Part shown: one piece after another, positions 17,457 to 27,682 of the stretch
Position numbering within the stretch: the first letter of the stretch is position 1
How the letters are laid out: the number at the start of each line of letters is the position of its first letter
Origin: an uncultured archaeon
GTDB taxonomy: Archaea; Asgardarchaeota; Thorarchaeia; Thorarchaeales; CAZPUN01
DNA: 32,000 bases
Direction: 5' to 3'
NCBI GenBank assembly: GCA_964589775.1
Contig: CAZPUN010000020.1
Location: forward strand, 1-32,000
Made by a program: the position numbers and the translations under genes
Notes under the pieces: model-generated
Database searches by the model: none
What the model was told of the DNA's origin: nothing
What the model saw: the letters and a program-made list of their open reading frames with translations, nothing else

Positions 17457-18397
17457 TGCCAGAAGTAGCAATTGTGTCAGGAAAGGGAGGATGCGGAAAA
17501 ACAACGCTTTCTGCATCATTAGCATATGTTTTGAAAAAGAGAGGTGTCCCAATTACAATTCTAGATGCAGATGTTGATGCTCCAGATCTTCAAATATTAT
17601 TTAATGGAGAGTATGAAGATAAAACTGTGATCCGTGCATCCCGAATGGCGAAAATAGATTATGATAAGTGTACAAATTGTGGAGTTTGCGTAGATGCATG
17701 CCAGTTCGACGCTATCAGATACAAAGATGATGGAGTAACCGTATATATTGATGAACCATTTTGTGAAGGCTGTGGAGTATGCAAACTTGTATGTCCAGTT
17801 GATGCAGTATCACTAGAAGAATACGAAACAGGAGATGTTACGATCTTCAAGAGCAACTTAGGTTTTAGAGTTGTAACTGGCCATGTTGGACCTCAGGCTG
17901 AAGCTTCAGGTATGATGGTAAATGAAGCACGTAAAATATCCAGAATTGCAATGATAAAAGACAAATCAGACTTGCTTCTTATTGATGGACCACCAGGAAT
18001 TGGTTGTCCGGTCATATCATCAGTTTCAGGAACAGACCTTGTTATTTTAATCACTGAGCCAACACCTACGGGATTGCATGATTTAAAGAGAGTTTATGAA
18101 ATTGTAAAACATTTTCAAATTCCAGCAGTACTTGTAATAAACAAGGCAGACATTCATGAACCAATAAAACAAAAAATCATCCAATGGGCTAAACAAAATA
18201 ATATCGAAATCATAGGCGAAATACCTCTTGAAGATGTCGTACCAAGGGCAATAGTTCAGATGAAGCCAGTTGTTGAAGTGTTCCCAGAATCTACATTCGC
18301 CAAAATAATGGAAGACATTACAAATAAATTCCTTGAGAAACTTGACGAGGTGCTAAAGAATCCGGTCAATCCATATGAAAAATATGAAATTAAATAA
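17456..18397 (+). CDS. MinD-superfamily P-loop ATPase with inserted ferredoxin domain (COG1149-type), copy 2
   Basis: SGKGGCGKTT, DADVDAPDL, CTNCGVCVDAC, CEGCGVCKLVCP, DGPPGIGCPVI, TEPTPTGLHDL, INK. TAATG stop/start coupling with copy 1. Confidence 0.93.
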   Translation: MPEVAIVSGKGGCGKTTLSASLAYVLKKRGVPITILDADVDAPDLQILFNGEYEDKTVIRASRMAKIDYDKCTNCGVCVDACQFDAIRYKDDGVTVYIDEPFCEGCGVCKLVCPVDAVSLEEYETGDVTIFKSNLGFRVVTGHVGPQAEASGMMVNEARKISRIAMIKDKSDLLLIDGPPGIGCPVISSVSGTDLVILITEPTPTGLHDLKRVYEIVKHFQIPAVLVINKADIHEPIKQKIIQWAKQNNIEIIGEIPLEDVVPRAIVQMKPVVEVFPESTFAKIMEDITNKFLEKLDEVLKNPVNPYEKYEIK

Positions 18398-18519
18398 TGT
18401 ATGATTTCAAAATAATTTGATGTAAATTTGATTGATTACAAAAAGATTTATTTCTATCTTTTTCCTTTTTATAAAATAGTGAGTGGAGCTACGTTCACAT
18501 AAAAAAGTTCATATATATT

Positions 18520-18535
18520 TTGTGCAATAACACAT
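18520..18535. promoter_or_regulatory. Second copy of palindromic operator candidate, TTGTGCAATAACACAT
   Basis: TGTG-N6-CACA dyad just upstream of the DUF5320-like gene RBS. Confidence 0.55.
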
Positions 18536-18549
18536 AATTGGTGATGAAA

Positions 18550-18858
18550 ATGGGATACAGATGGATGTATTATATGACTGGAATGCCAGGATGGGTACGA
18601 TGGGGATTTAGTCCAGGATGGATAGGAAGAAGTCCCAATGGATTACCACCTGCCGCAGCATATTTAATGAGCACTGGGCAATTGAATAATTTCATGAACT
18701 ATATGACTACTCAGTTCTATCCCATGGCAGCAACAACATCTCCCGTCATGACACAATTACCTGTCGATCAACAGAAGACTTTAATTGAACAGCAGATAAA
18801 AGCCTTAGAAGCACAGCTTGAAAATCTTAAGAAACAGCTTGAAGAATTAAACAAATAA
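18550..18858 (+). CDS. DUF5320-like protein with C-terminal coiled coil
   Basis: GYRWMYYMTGMPGWVRWG motif; ..LIEQQIKALEAQLENLKKQLEEL coiled coil. GGTGA RBS. Confidence 0.8.
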   Translation: MGYRWMYYMTGMPGWVRWGFSPGWIGRSPNGLPPAAAYLMSTGQLNNFMNYMTTQFYPMAATTSPVMTQLPVDQQKTLIEQQIKALEAQLENLKKQLEELNK

Positions 18859-18927
18859 TCGCTCCTTTTTTCTCCTTTTTGAAAAGTCTATAAGCACATG
18901 TCTATTTTAATATTAGATGTGCCAAAA

Positions 18928-20949
18928 ATGAGTTTTGAGATAAAAGTTAAGGATGGATTGGGTCGAATCGGAAAATTCACTACAAGACATGGGATAATTG
19001 AAACCCCTGTACTCATGCCAGTGATCAATCCAAAGAGATTAACTATTGATATAAATGAACTTGTTAATGAATTTAAGGTAAAAATGCTGATTACAAATTC
19101 ATATATTATAAATAGGGATGAGGAACTACGGACCATAGCTCTTGAGAAAGGAGTCCATGGTCTTCTAAATTTTGATGGCGTAATAATGACAGATTCGGGT
19201 ACATTTCAAATGTATGTTCATGGGCTAAAAACGGACGAAATAGATCCGATAAAGATTGTTCAATTCCAACGCGATATTGGATCGGACATTGGAACGATTT
19301 CAGATGTTTTTTCAAAGCCAGATATATCAAAAGAACAAGCACTAAAAGATTTAGAATTAAGCTTTGAACGCGGAAAAATAGCGATTCCAGAAAAAGGCGA
19401 TATGTATCTTGCAGGTACAGTTCAAGGAGGAATTTATCCAGATCTACGCGAGAGGTCCGCACAACTTATGGCATCTTTGGATTTTGATGTTCATCCGATT
19501 GGAGGCATAGTTCCACTGATGGAACAATATAGATATACTGAGCTCATAAATTCAGCAATTTCAGCAAAGAAGTATTTACCGCCCCAAAGACCTGTACATT
19601 TCTTCGGTTGTGGTCATCCAATGCTTTTTGCCCTTGCTGTATATATTGGCGCAGACTTTTTTGATTCGGCATCATACGCAAAATATGCGCTTGATGATAG
19701 ACTTATGTTTACAAATGGAACAAAGAGACTTTCAGAACTAACAGAATTACCATGTGAATGTAAAGCTTGTTCAAATCTTGATATTGATGATTTAAAGAGT
19801 TTACCAAAAGAAGAGCGAATAAAAGTAATAGCACGACATAATCTATATGTGAGTTTTGCAGAAATTAAACGAATTAAACAGGCTATTCGAGAAGGCACTT
19901 TATGGGAATTAGTAGAAGCTAGAGTGCGAGCACATCCAAATCTATTCAATGCATTTAGAGCCTTGAAAAACCATACAGCCTTTATTGAACGATATGATCC
20001 TATTACAAAACATAGCGCATTATTTATGCTAAGTGATGAAAGCCTATATAGACCCGAAATACTTCGATATAATAATCGAGTGCTAGAACGATATTCAGTA
20101 AAAAACAAAGATAATGTTATTATTATTACAGACTTTGGAGGCCAACCTTTTACAGAAAGCAATAAGCGATACTTGGGAAATTTGTTATTAAATATAAACA
20201 CTCAGATAATTTACCTTACGCCCATAGGGGTTGTTCCAATAGAACTTGAGCATATATTTCCTGCACAACAAGCAGTATTTCCGAGTATTTTATCAAATGA
20301 TCATAAAAACATGATTCAACGTATTCTATTACAATTCCTTGAACACAACAATATAACAAAAATATATCATATAGATAAATCCAATGAACTTGATAATATT
20401 ATAAAAAGCTTGCCGGAGAACATAGAAGTCATTAAAAGAGAGAAAGAAAATGCAGTTGACATATCACTAAAATCAATTCCAGATGAGATATCCAAACGCA
20501 AAATTGAATCTGTATTGGATTTCCAATTTGGTAAAGGAATTGGTAAAATAATAACAAATGAAATCGTATCATTAAAGAGATCAGCAAAAACTAAGAAGAT
20601 CCGTTTTGCATATGATAAAGACAAACAATTATTATTGTCAATCGTACCTCAGACGGGATTACCAGTTCTATCCATTGAAGGCGCAAGACATATTCTCAAA
20701 TCATCTCAGCCAGATCCATATATAATAAAAATAATGCCTGAAGTGGAAGAATTCGCAAAAGAAGGCCGAAGCATTATAGCAAAATATGTATCCAAAGCAA
20801 GTGATGATCTTCGACCGAATGAAGAAGTATTCGTTCTTTCTGAATCCGAGGAATTACTTGCCTTAGGAAAAGCGTTACTTTCAGGTATGGAAATGAAATA
20901 CTTCGAAAGAGGAGTGGCAGTAAAAGTTCGAAAAAGTATAAAATCATAA
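18928..20949 (+). CDS. tgtA: Archaeosine tRNA-guanine(15) transglycosylase with C-terminal PUA domain
   Basis: FEIKVKDGLGRIG, ETPVLMPV, ITNSYI, MTDSGTFQ, VQGG, HPIGGIVPLMEQY, HFFGCGHP, DFFDSASY, Zn site CECKAC..H, PUA (GVAVKVR). Confidence 0.96.
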   Translation: MSFEIKVKDGLGRIGKFTTRHGIIETPVLMPVINPKRLTIDINELVNEFKVKMLITNSYIINRDEELRTIALEKGVHGLLNFDGVIMTDSGTFQMYVHGLKTDEIDPIKIVQFQRDIGSDIGTISDVFSKPDISKEQALKDLELSFERGKIAIPEKGDMYLAGTVQGGIYPDLRERSAQLMASLDFDVHPIGGIVPLMEQYRYTELINSAISAKKYLPPQRPVHFFGCGHPMLFALAVYIGADFFDSASYAKYALDDRLMFTNGTKRLSELTELPCECKACSNLDIDDLKSLPKEERIKVIARHNLYVSFAEIKRIKQAIREGTLWELVEARVRAHPNLFNAFRALKNHTAFIERYDPITKHSALFMLSDESLYRPEILRYNNRVLERYSVKNKDNVIIITDFGGQPFTESNKRYLGNLLLNINTQIIYLTPIGVVPIELEHIFPAQQAVFPSILSNDHKNMIQRILLQFLEHNNITKIYHIDKSNELDNIIKSLPENIEVIKREKENAVDISLKSIPDEISKRKIESVLDFQFGKGIGKIITNEIVSLKRSAKTKKIRFAYDKDKQLLLSIVPQTGLPVLSIEGARHILKSSQPDPYIIKIMPEVEEFAKEGRSIIAKYVSKASDDLRPNEEVFVLSESEELLALGKALLSGMEMKYFERGVAVKVRKSIKS

Positions 20950-20993
20950 TTACGAATAATATATAAATAAAAAACTTCTGCGAGGAGGAATTT

Positions 20994-22859
20994 ATGAAAA
21001 AATATAAACTAATAAACTTGGGATTGATTTCCCTTCTCATGTTTAGTTCAATTTTTATAAGCCTACAGCCACAAATCGCAAATCAATCTATGTATAAACC
21101 AAATTTACAAAAAACTCTGTCAGATAGTGTTGTAATAAAAAGGGGCCCAGCAATAAATGCATTAACAAATGATTCCGTAGTTATTGCATGGCGAACTAAT
21201 GCCAATACATCAAGTATTGTTCAATATGGAACTACATCTGCTCTTGGAAATAGTGTTCAAAATAGCACGCTTACTACATTACATATCGTAGAATTAAGCG
21301 GCTTATCGCCTGGAACAACATATTATTATCGTGTGGGTGATGGAACATACTGGAGCGAAAATTATACATTTACAACTGATAGTGGCTCAGATGAATTTAC
21401 ATTTGCCGTCCTTGGAGATTCAAGAGGCGATGTTTCAAATAAGCCGCCTGAAGTATTTTCAACATTAATTAATTTAATAAAAAATGATAATCCAGCTCTG
21501 ACAATAATGACTGGAGATCATATACTCTCATTGACACCCTCTGAAACCCCAGAAACAACGTGGGAATATGTAACAAATGTAACAGATATCCTACAGCATT
21601 CGGTTCCGATATATGTTGCAATAGGAAACCATGATGACCCTGAAGGAACAAGCTTTGTTGAAACATGGAATTATGGTTGTGGGAACCAAAGATACTTCTC
21701 AATAAATTATGGAAATGCACATTTTGTGATTCTTGATAGCGAACAGAAAGATTATGCAGGTACAATCGCACCAGCCGAATTACAATGGCTTAAGAATGAT
21801 CTGAAACAAAATACCGCGGAGCACACATTTGTTTTTGTGCATAGACCGATGTATCCTCAATCATCACATGTAGGGGATTCATTAAATACGAATGCAACAC
21901 TACGCGATCTACTTCATGATCTATTCGTAGAACATTACGTGGATGCAGTTTTCGTTGCTCATGAGCATAACTATGTTAGAGAAACTTTTGATGGTCTTCT
22001 TCAAATAATTTCTGGAGGGGCTGGCGCACCATTAGTATCAATATACACACCTTCGCCTGAATATCCGGATTATGTGTATATGAAAACGTACCATTATATG
22101 AGAGTTCATGTTAATGGAACAAAAGTATCTATCGAAGCAGTAGATGACAATGGAAACGTTTTCGATAGAATCAACCTAAATTCAACACATAATCCAAAAC
22201 CAGTTATTCATGAAGTATCATGGACACCTACTACGCCTAAAACAGATGAGAAAATAATATTCAAAGTAAATGCAACTGATGATACACAGATAACATCAAT
22301 AAAAGTATATTACAAAGAAAGTACACAAAGCACTTGGACCATATTAGACACAACTTATTCTGATGGCATATATCAGACAGCCGAGATCGGCCCAATTAGT
22401 ACAGAAGGTGAATACAAAGTTTTTGCTCAAGCCTTTGATAATTCAGGAAATGCAATAAATAGCTCATTAAAAGATCTGGTTATTGATGGAACTGCACCAC
22501 AAGTATCCATTACGAATCCACATGATGGTGATACAATTTCTGCAACTACACTAACAATTTCAATTTCTGCAACAGATAACATAGCGATAGATCATGTAGA
22601 GGTTTATATTGATGGAAATCTTGTATTCACAGATAATACTGCACCATATACAAAAACTATTGACATTACTAACTTGGCTACTGGAACTCACAATATAACA
22701 GCAATAGCTTACGATAAAGCAGGAAATACTGCAAAAACAAGCATAACAATAAATATAGCTCCTGGCTTTGATGCTGCAGCCTTAGCACCTATAGGTATTG
22801 GAGCAGGAACAGTCGTTATCATCGTTTTACTTGTGATATTCATAAAAAAGAGAAAGTAG
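20994..22859 (+). CDS. Cell-surface purple-acid-phosphatase-like metallophosphoesterase (FN3 + calcineurin-like + Ig-like domains, C-terminal TM anchor)
   Basis: Signal peptide; FN3 (LSGLSPGTTYYYRVG); GDSR, TGD, GNHD, VH, AHEH; Big-like domains (AFDNSGN, AYDKAGN); PGF + TM + KKRK. Confidence 0.9.
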   Translation: MKKYKLINLGLISLLMFSSIFISLQPQIANQSMYKPNLQKTLSDSVVIKRGPAINALTNDSVVIAWRTNANTSSIVQYGTTSALGNSVQNSTLTTLHIVELSGLSPGTTYYYRVGDGTYWSENYTFTTDSGSDEFTFAVLGDSRGDVSNKPPEVFSTLINLIKNDNPALTIMTGDHILSLTPSETPETTWEYVTNVTDILQHSVPIYVAIGNHDDPEGTSFVETWNYGCGNQRYFSINYGNAHFVILDSEQKDYAGTIAPAELQWLKNDLKQNTAEHTFVFVHRPMYPQSSHVGDSLNTNATLRDLLHDLFVEHYVDAVFVAHEHNYVRETFDGLLQIISGGAGAPLVSIYTPSPEYPDYVYMKTYHYMRVHVNGTKVSIEAVDDNGNVFDRINLNSTHNPKPVIHEVSWTPTTPKTDEKIIFKVNATDDTQITSIKVYYKESTQSTWTILDTTYSDGIYQTAEIGPISTEGEYKVFAQAFDNSGNAINSSLKDLVIDGTAPQVSITNPHDGDTISATTLTISISATDNIAIDHVEVYIDGNLVFTDNTAPYTKTIDITNLATGTHNITAIAYDKAGNTAKTSITINIAPGFDAAALAPIGIGAGTVVIIVLLVIFIKKRK

Positions 22860-22862
22860 ATG

Positions 22863-22881
22863 AAAGGGAGATTCTCCCTTT
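22863..22881. terminator. Perfect palindrome between convergent genes (bidirectional terminator-like)
   Basis: AAAGGGAGA-T-TCTCCCTTT followed by further T's. Confidence 0.6.
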
Positions 22882-22882
22882 T

Positions 22883-23947
22883 TTATTCTTTAGGCAAAAC
22901 CATAACGTCTTTTACTGGAACATGTACTTCTAATGTATCGTTTTCTTTGACTTCAGAGTCACCAGGTAGAGTAACTCGAATTTCCATACCGGACACGTTC
23001 ATGAGAACTTCAAGTCGTTCTCCAGTATAGAGTGTACGTATAACCTTTCCGGAAAATGATGTGTGATGAGCTGATGGCGGTCGAATATGAAAACCTTCAG
23101 GTCGAATTGCAACTACAACTTGCTCATTAGGCTTGAATTGATAATCCTTCCGAGTTTTTCTACCTTCGATTGAAATATTGCCAATAGATACTTTTATAGT
23201 ATCATTAGCACTCAATACAGTTCCTTCGATAAATGTACATTGTCCAATAAAGTCTGAAACGAAGATGTTTTGTGGATTTGCATAGATTTCACGTGGGGTA
23301 CCGAATTGTTGCACTTTACCTTTATTAATCACAGCAATGTGGTCTGAGATACTCATTGCTTCAACTTGATCGTGTGTAACATATACTGTTGTAATTTTTA
23401 GTTCTCTTTGGATTCGTAAGATTTCCTCACGCATTTCTAGTCTGAGTTTGGCATCAAGATTTGACAGCGGCTCATCTAATAGGAGCACTTTCGGACGAAT
23501 CACCAATGCACGAGCCAATGCGATTCTCTGTTGTTGTCCTCCGGAAAGTTGATTTGGGGTTCGATTTTCCATACCCTCCATATGAACTAATTCTAGCATT
23601 TCTTTTACAGATTCCTTTATTTTGTCCTTCGGAACTTTTCGTATGCGAAGACCATACGCCACATTGTCAAATACTGTCATATGGGGCCATAATGCATAAT
23701 TTTGAAAGACCATACCTGTATCTCTTTTATAGGGGGGGTAGTCAGTTACATCTTCATCATCAAAGTAAATTTTACCACTATCTGGATAATAGAATCCAGC
23801 TATTAGACGAAGAAGTGTTGTTTTTCCACACCCACTAGGACCTAATAATGTTGATAATTTTCCATCTTCAAGAGTTAATGTAATATGGTCTGTCGCAACA
23901 ACCTCACCAAAGGTTTTTACTAGATTTTCAAGTCGTATTTCAACCAA
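22883..23947 (-). CDS. ABC transporter ATPase, FbpC/AfuC/PotA type with TOBE domain
   Basis: GPSGCGKTT, VFQNYALWPHMTV, LSGGQQQR, LLLDEPLSNLD, VTHDQ. Confidence 0.95.
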   Translation of the reverse strand: MVEIRLENLVKTFGEVVATDHITLTLEDGKLSTLLGPSGCGKTTLLRLIAGFYYPDSGKIYFDDEDVTDYPPYKRDTGMVFQNYALWPHMTVFDNVAYGLRIRKVPKDKIKESVKEMLELVHMEGMENRTPNQLSGGQQQRIALARALVIRPKVLLLDEPLSNLDAKLRLEMREEILRIQRELKITTVYVTHDQVEAMSISDHIAVINKGKVQQFGTPREIYANPQNIFVSDFIGQCTFIEGTVLSANDTIKVSIGNISIEGRKTRKDYQFKPNEQVVVAIRPEGFHIRPPSAHHTSFSGKVIRTLYTGERLEVLMNVSGMEIRVTLPGDSEVKENDTLEVHVPVKDVMVLPKE

Positions 23948-23960
23948 AATTTTTTCCTCC

Positions 23961-25949
23961 TTAGATACCAGTCATGGCAGATGCTCTCTGCTTCAGTATT
24001 GCATTGGTGATCGATATGATGATCATTTGAATTACCATCATCAATACACCAAGTACTGCGGCAATATATGGACCACCAGATAGGGATTGGTAAAGGTCCT
24101 TAATTTGCCATGTAATCGGTGCTAGATCCGGATTCACATCACCAAGTACAAGGCTTGTACTGACTTCCGAAATTGCATAGACAAATGATAGTAGACTACC
24201 GGCTAAAACACTGACACCAATCAATGGTAATGTGATTTTTAGAAATGTTCTTCCACGGGTGGCTCCAAGATTTAGTGACGCTTCCTCAAGAGTAACATGG
24301 GTTTGCAGTAATCCAGCATATGCTGCACGTACAGTAAATGGAAACTTACGAATAGTGTATGACATTACTAATAGCGGTACTATGTTAATCAATGGACTCA
24401 AAGGTGTATTAAGAAATGTCGTAAAGTATCCTAAAGCAATTACAATACCAGGGATCGCGATCGGCATCGTAACAAGAATGTCAAGCCAGTTTTTGCCAGG
24501 AATGTTTTTACGCGCTATAATATAAGCAGCACTAGTACCAAGAAATACGATGATTACAGTTGCAGCCATACCATAGAGAATTGTGTTAATAATAGGCATA
24601 TAGATTCGCGGGTCAGTGACTAATACAAGATAATTGTCTAGAGTCATTATTTCCGGAATTACCGCTGAAGTACTCCATTCTTTAGCAACAGATAGAAGTA
24701 TAACTCCAATCTGAGGTATTAATGCTAGGAATAAAAGCGGAATTATGAAAGCATACAATGCAAGAGTTTTCATACGAGATACTTTTGTAACTCTTGGATG
24801 CCATTGACCACCTTTGCTTATTGATGCATAATGCCGCAATGATGTATATTTTCTAATGGCCATGAATGCGATTATTGCAATGAATAGTAGGATAAAGCCC
24901 AGCGATGTTGCTCTAGGATCAATATTCCCAATAGGTGTAAATATCTGTGTAAATATTTGATATGTTAAAAGTGCCTTTGCTTGTGGATGCCCTTCAAATA
25001 TAATGGGAGTACCTAAGTCTTCTATACTTAGAATGAAAGTAAGAATAGCTCCAGCTTCAATTCCCGGAAGTGCTAGAGGGAGGGTCACTGTTCTGAATAA
25101 TTTAAATCCCTTTGCACCAAGATTTTCAGCCTGCTCTTCAAGAGAGGGATCTATTCCAACGAATGAAGAATAGGCATTCAAATAAACTAATGAGAAAAAT
25201 GTAAAACTTTGAACAAAGATTATAGCTGCAAGACCATCAAGAACAATTTTAATTGGAAATATATGCAGCACATCAACAAATAATAGACTTAATGAACCAA
25301 ATGGTCCAATTAATCGTTTGACACCCATTGCACCAACAAAGGGTGTTGAAAGTAATGGAAAGATCAGCAATGTACGAACTACACTTTTTCCAAAGAAATC
25401 ATATCGCGCCATAATAAACGCTAGGACAACACCAAGGAACGTAGAGATTACTGTAGTCATAAAGCCCAATACCAGGGAGTTTAATATTGTTCCCATATTG
25501 ATACCGGTTATGATCAATTGATCTCCACGTAATTCAAAAATATTGCCCACAAATGTATTTGTTATTGCAAAGAATGGAAACGTCGAGGTAGGTACTATCT
25601 GAATTTTCCAGTGTATTGGATTATTAAATATCGAGGAGAACCAATATAATGAAGGAACTCCATTCACAAAAAATGCAGTATATGCTACTGAAAGCAAAGG
25701 TATTACAAGAAATATGATAAAAATACCAAGAACCATAATTAATTGAAACCATGATAATGAATCCATCTCATGCTTTAGGTCTTTAATAGCAGAACGAAAA
25801 TTTTGTGGAATGTTTAATATCCAATTTACCAATCGTTTTGGGATATAAATGATCCATTTGATTAATCTGATAATAGGAGAAAAAATGCGGGAAAGAATAT
25901 GGAGAATCATATTCGATCCCGTTTTTTTACCAACTTCTTGGTCGGACAC
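23961..25949 (-). CDS. ABC transporter permease, duplicated FbpB/AfuB type
   Basis: Two EAA loops (LEEQAENLGA; LEEASLNLGA), about 12-14 TM helices. GTG start. Confidence 0.93.
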   Translation of the reverse strand: MSDQEVGKKTGSNMILHILSRIFSPIIRLIKWIIYIPKRLVNWILNIPQNFRSAIKDLKHEMDSLSWFQLIMVLGIFIIFLVIPLLSVAYTAFFVNGVPSLYWFSSIFNNPIHWKIQIVPTSTFPFFAITNTFVGNIFELRGDQLIITGINMGTILNSLVLGFMTTVISTFLGVVLAFIMARYDFFGKSVVRTLLIFPLLSTPFVGAMGVKRLIGPFGSLSLLFVDVLHIFPIKIVLDGLAAIIFVQSFTFFSLVYLNAYSSFVGIDPSLEEQAENLGAKGFKLFRTVTLPLALPGIEAGAILTFILSIEDLGTPIIFEGHPQAKALLTYQIFTQIFTPIGNIDPRATSLGFILLFIAIIAFMAIRKYTSLRHYASISKGGQWHPRVTKVSRMKTLALYAFIIPLLFLALIPQIGVILLSVAKEWSTSAVIPEIMTLDNYLVLVTDPRIYMPIINTILYGMAATVIIVFLGTSAAYIIARKNIPGKNWLDILVTMPIAIPGIVIALGYFTTFLNTPLSPLINIVPLLVMSYTIRKFPFTVRAAYAGLLQTHVTLEEASLNLGATRGRTFLKITLPLIGVSVLAGSLLSFVYAISEVSTSLVLGDVNPDLAPITWQIKDLYQSLSGGPYIAAVLGVLMMVIQMIIISITNAILKQRASAMTGI

Positions 25950-25969
25950 TGAAATCGATCACTCCATTC

Positions 25970-27388
25970 TTATGGTAATGCATTATATACCGCATTGTAT
26001 TGTTCAATTGCAGCATTAGTCCATACACTCTTAATTTGGTCTCTAAATTGTGAATCTGTATAGATTCTGTTGTTTATAGATGCAGCATATGCTTCTGTAA
26101 ATGTATATGTCTGTCCTTCAAATGTAAATGTAATTGGCTTACCCAACTGATGTGCATAACTTTCAAATTCAGATTCTGAAATTTTACCTGAGAAGTAATC
26201 TGAGACCAATTTAGCCCATGCCTGTGTAAGATATTCATGTGCGTGTGTGAATACAGCCTCAAAGTATTGCTGCATAGAAACTTCCCATGATAATGCACGG
26301 GTATCATTGAATTCGATACCAATGTTGCTGATTGTTTTATTGTAGATAGCATACAAGTCGGTTCTGTTTTTGCCAATTGGTGTATGGAATGCAGCAGCAG
26401 TAACTGGCATTCTATTTATTGTAGAAACCAACCAATGTTGCTGACCTTCAGGAGAAAGTACCCAACGAATAAATCCTTGTGCCAGTTTGTAATGAGGTGC
26501 ATTATAAACCACAGCTATGGGGTCACCATTGATAATGGTCTGATTTTCAGGAAGGACATATTCACATGCGGGATTTCTAAGCTGCGAGCTATAACCATAA
26601 AAGTCTATAGACATCGAGATACCAACTTCTGCAGTTTCAGCTGCGGATTGTGTTTCAACTGAGCCACTATAAATTCGTCCATTACCAGCCATACGAGTTA
26701 AGGTTTCCCAGCCATTATCCCAACCAAGACCTTGCAGAATGATCTCATAAATTCTTGTATTTGAAGTTGTATCTGGACTGTTGCCCATTGCAATAGAAGG
26801 AGTACCGGGCAGATATTTTCCATAAATTGGCTTTGCTAAATCAGTCCAATTTGTAGGTTTGGGTAATGAATATTCATCAAGGAAGTCATGATTTACAGTG
26901 AAGCCAAATGAGGATATGGCAGCAGCTACCCATAGAAGATCTCCATGAGTGTTATATCGCTTCATTGGCGCTCCAGCAAGACTGTCACTAATTGTACTAA
27001 CAACGCTCAATGTCTCAGAATCATTAATTGGACCGAGAAGCCCAAGGTCAATTAATTGATCAAATAGAGTCGGACCGCCACCCCAAGCTATGTCAACACC
27101 ACCTTGCTTTATAGTTTCATCCCATAAACCACCAACGGGACTTAACCATTTGATATCAGTAATATTATTCTCTTTTGCATATTGTGTGGCAAGGAAAGCC
27201 GGCTCAAATTCTTTCCAAATTGCAGTGTCATGACGAGTAATAATTGTAAGAGTAATTCCGTGTTCTTGTGGATTATTTGAAGTGGGATTTGAAAACATGA
27301 AATAAGCGCCAACTGAACCAATTATAATTAAAATTACGACAATACCAATTATTTTTGTCGTACCAGAACGACTAGCAACTTCAGACAT
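25970..27388 (-). CDS. ABC substrate-binding protein, AfuA/PgtC-like family, N-terminal TM anchor
   Basis: DIAWGGG, ISSFGFTVN, P.NWTDL, SIDFYG, INGDPIA, FIRWVLSPEGQ. Confidence 0.85.
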   Translation of the reverse strand: MSEVASRSGTTKIIGIVVILIIIGSVGAYFMFSNPTSNNPQEHGITLTIITRHDTAIWKEFEPAFLATQYAKENNITDIKWLSPVGGLWDETIKQGGVDIAWGGGPTLFDQLIDLGLLGPINDSETLSVVSTISDSLAGAPMKRYNTHGDLLWVAAAISSFGFTVNHDFLDEYSLPKPTNWTDLAKPIYGKYLPGTPSIAMGNSPDTTSNTRIYEIILQGLGWDNGWETLTRMAGNGRIYSGSVETQSAAETAEVGISMSIDFYGYSSQLRNPACEYVLPENQTIINGDPIAVVYNAPHYKLAQGFIRWVLSPEGQQHWLVSTINRMPVTAAAFHTPIGKNRTDLYAIYNKTISNIGIEFNDTRALSWEVSMQQYFEAVFTHAHEYLTQAWAKLVSDYFSGKISESEFESYAHQLGKPITFTFEGQTYTFTEAYAASINNRIYTDSQFRDQIKSVWTNAAIEQYNAVYNALP

Positions 27389-27682
27389 TTTTAATCACCT
27401 GAATCTCGAAGTTTCATCTAGAAATGATGAACAACCATTATTATTATGTGTTTCGTATATTTCAACGCTGGTAATACAATTAATATTTTCTTGATAAATA
27501 TTGTTCAAAATAAACATTACTGGCTTCTTAATTTGTAAATAAAACATGATACTAGGATTTATTATATAAAAAGTAAAAATTACTATGCTATTAAAAATAG
27601 CAACTAGAAAAAAAATATAAAAGATACGAATCATCATTTAATATAAGACTTCGAAGGAGTCGATAAGGAGGCAAAAACGATT

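Noticed and set aside
19614-20201. 195-aa minus-strand ORF
   Set aside because: Entirely antisense to tgtA with no recognisable motifs.
27395-27637. 80-aa minus-strand ORF
   Set aside because: Very AT-rich divergent promoter region; I/F/N-biased translation and no RBS.
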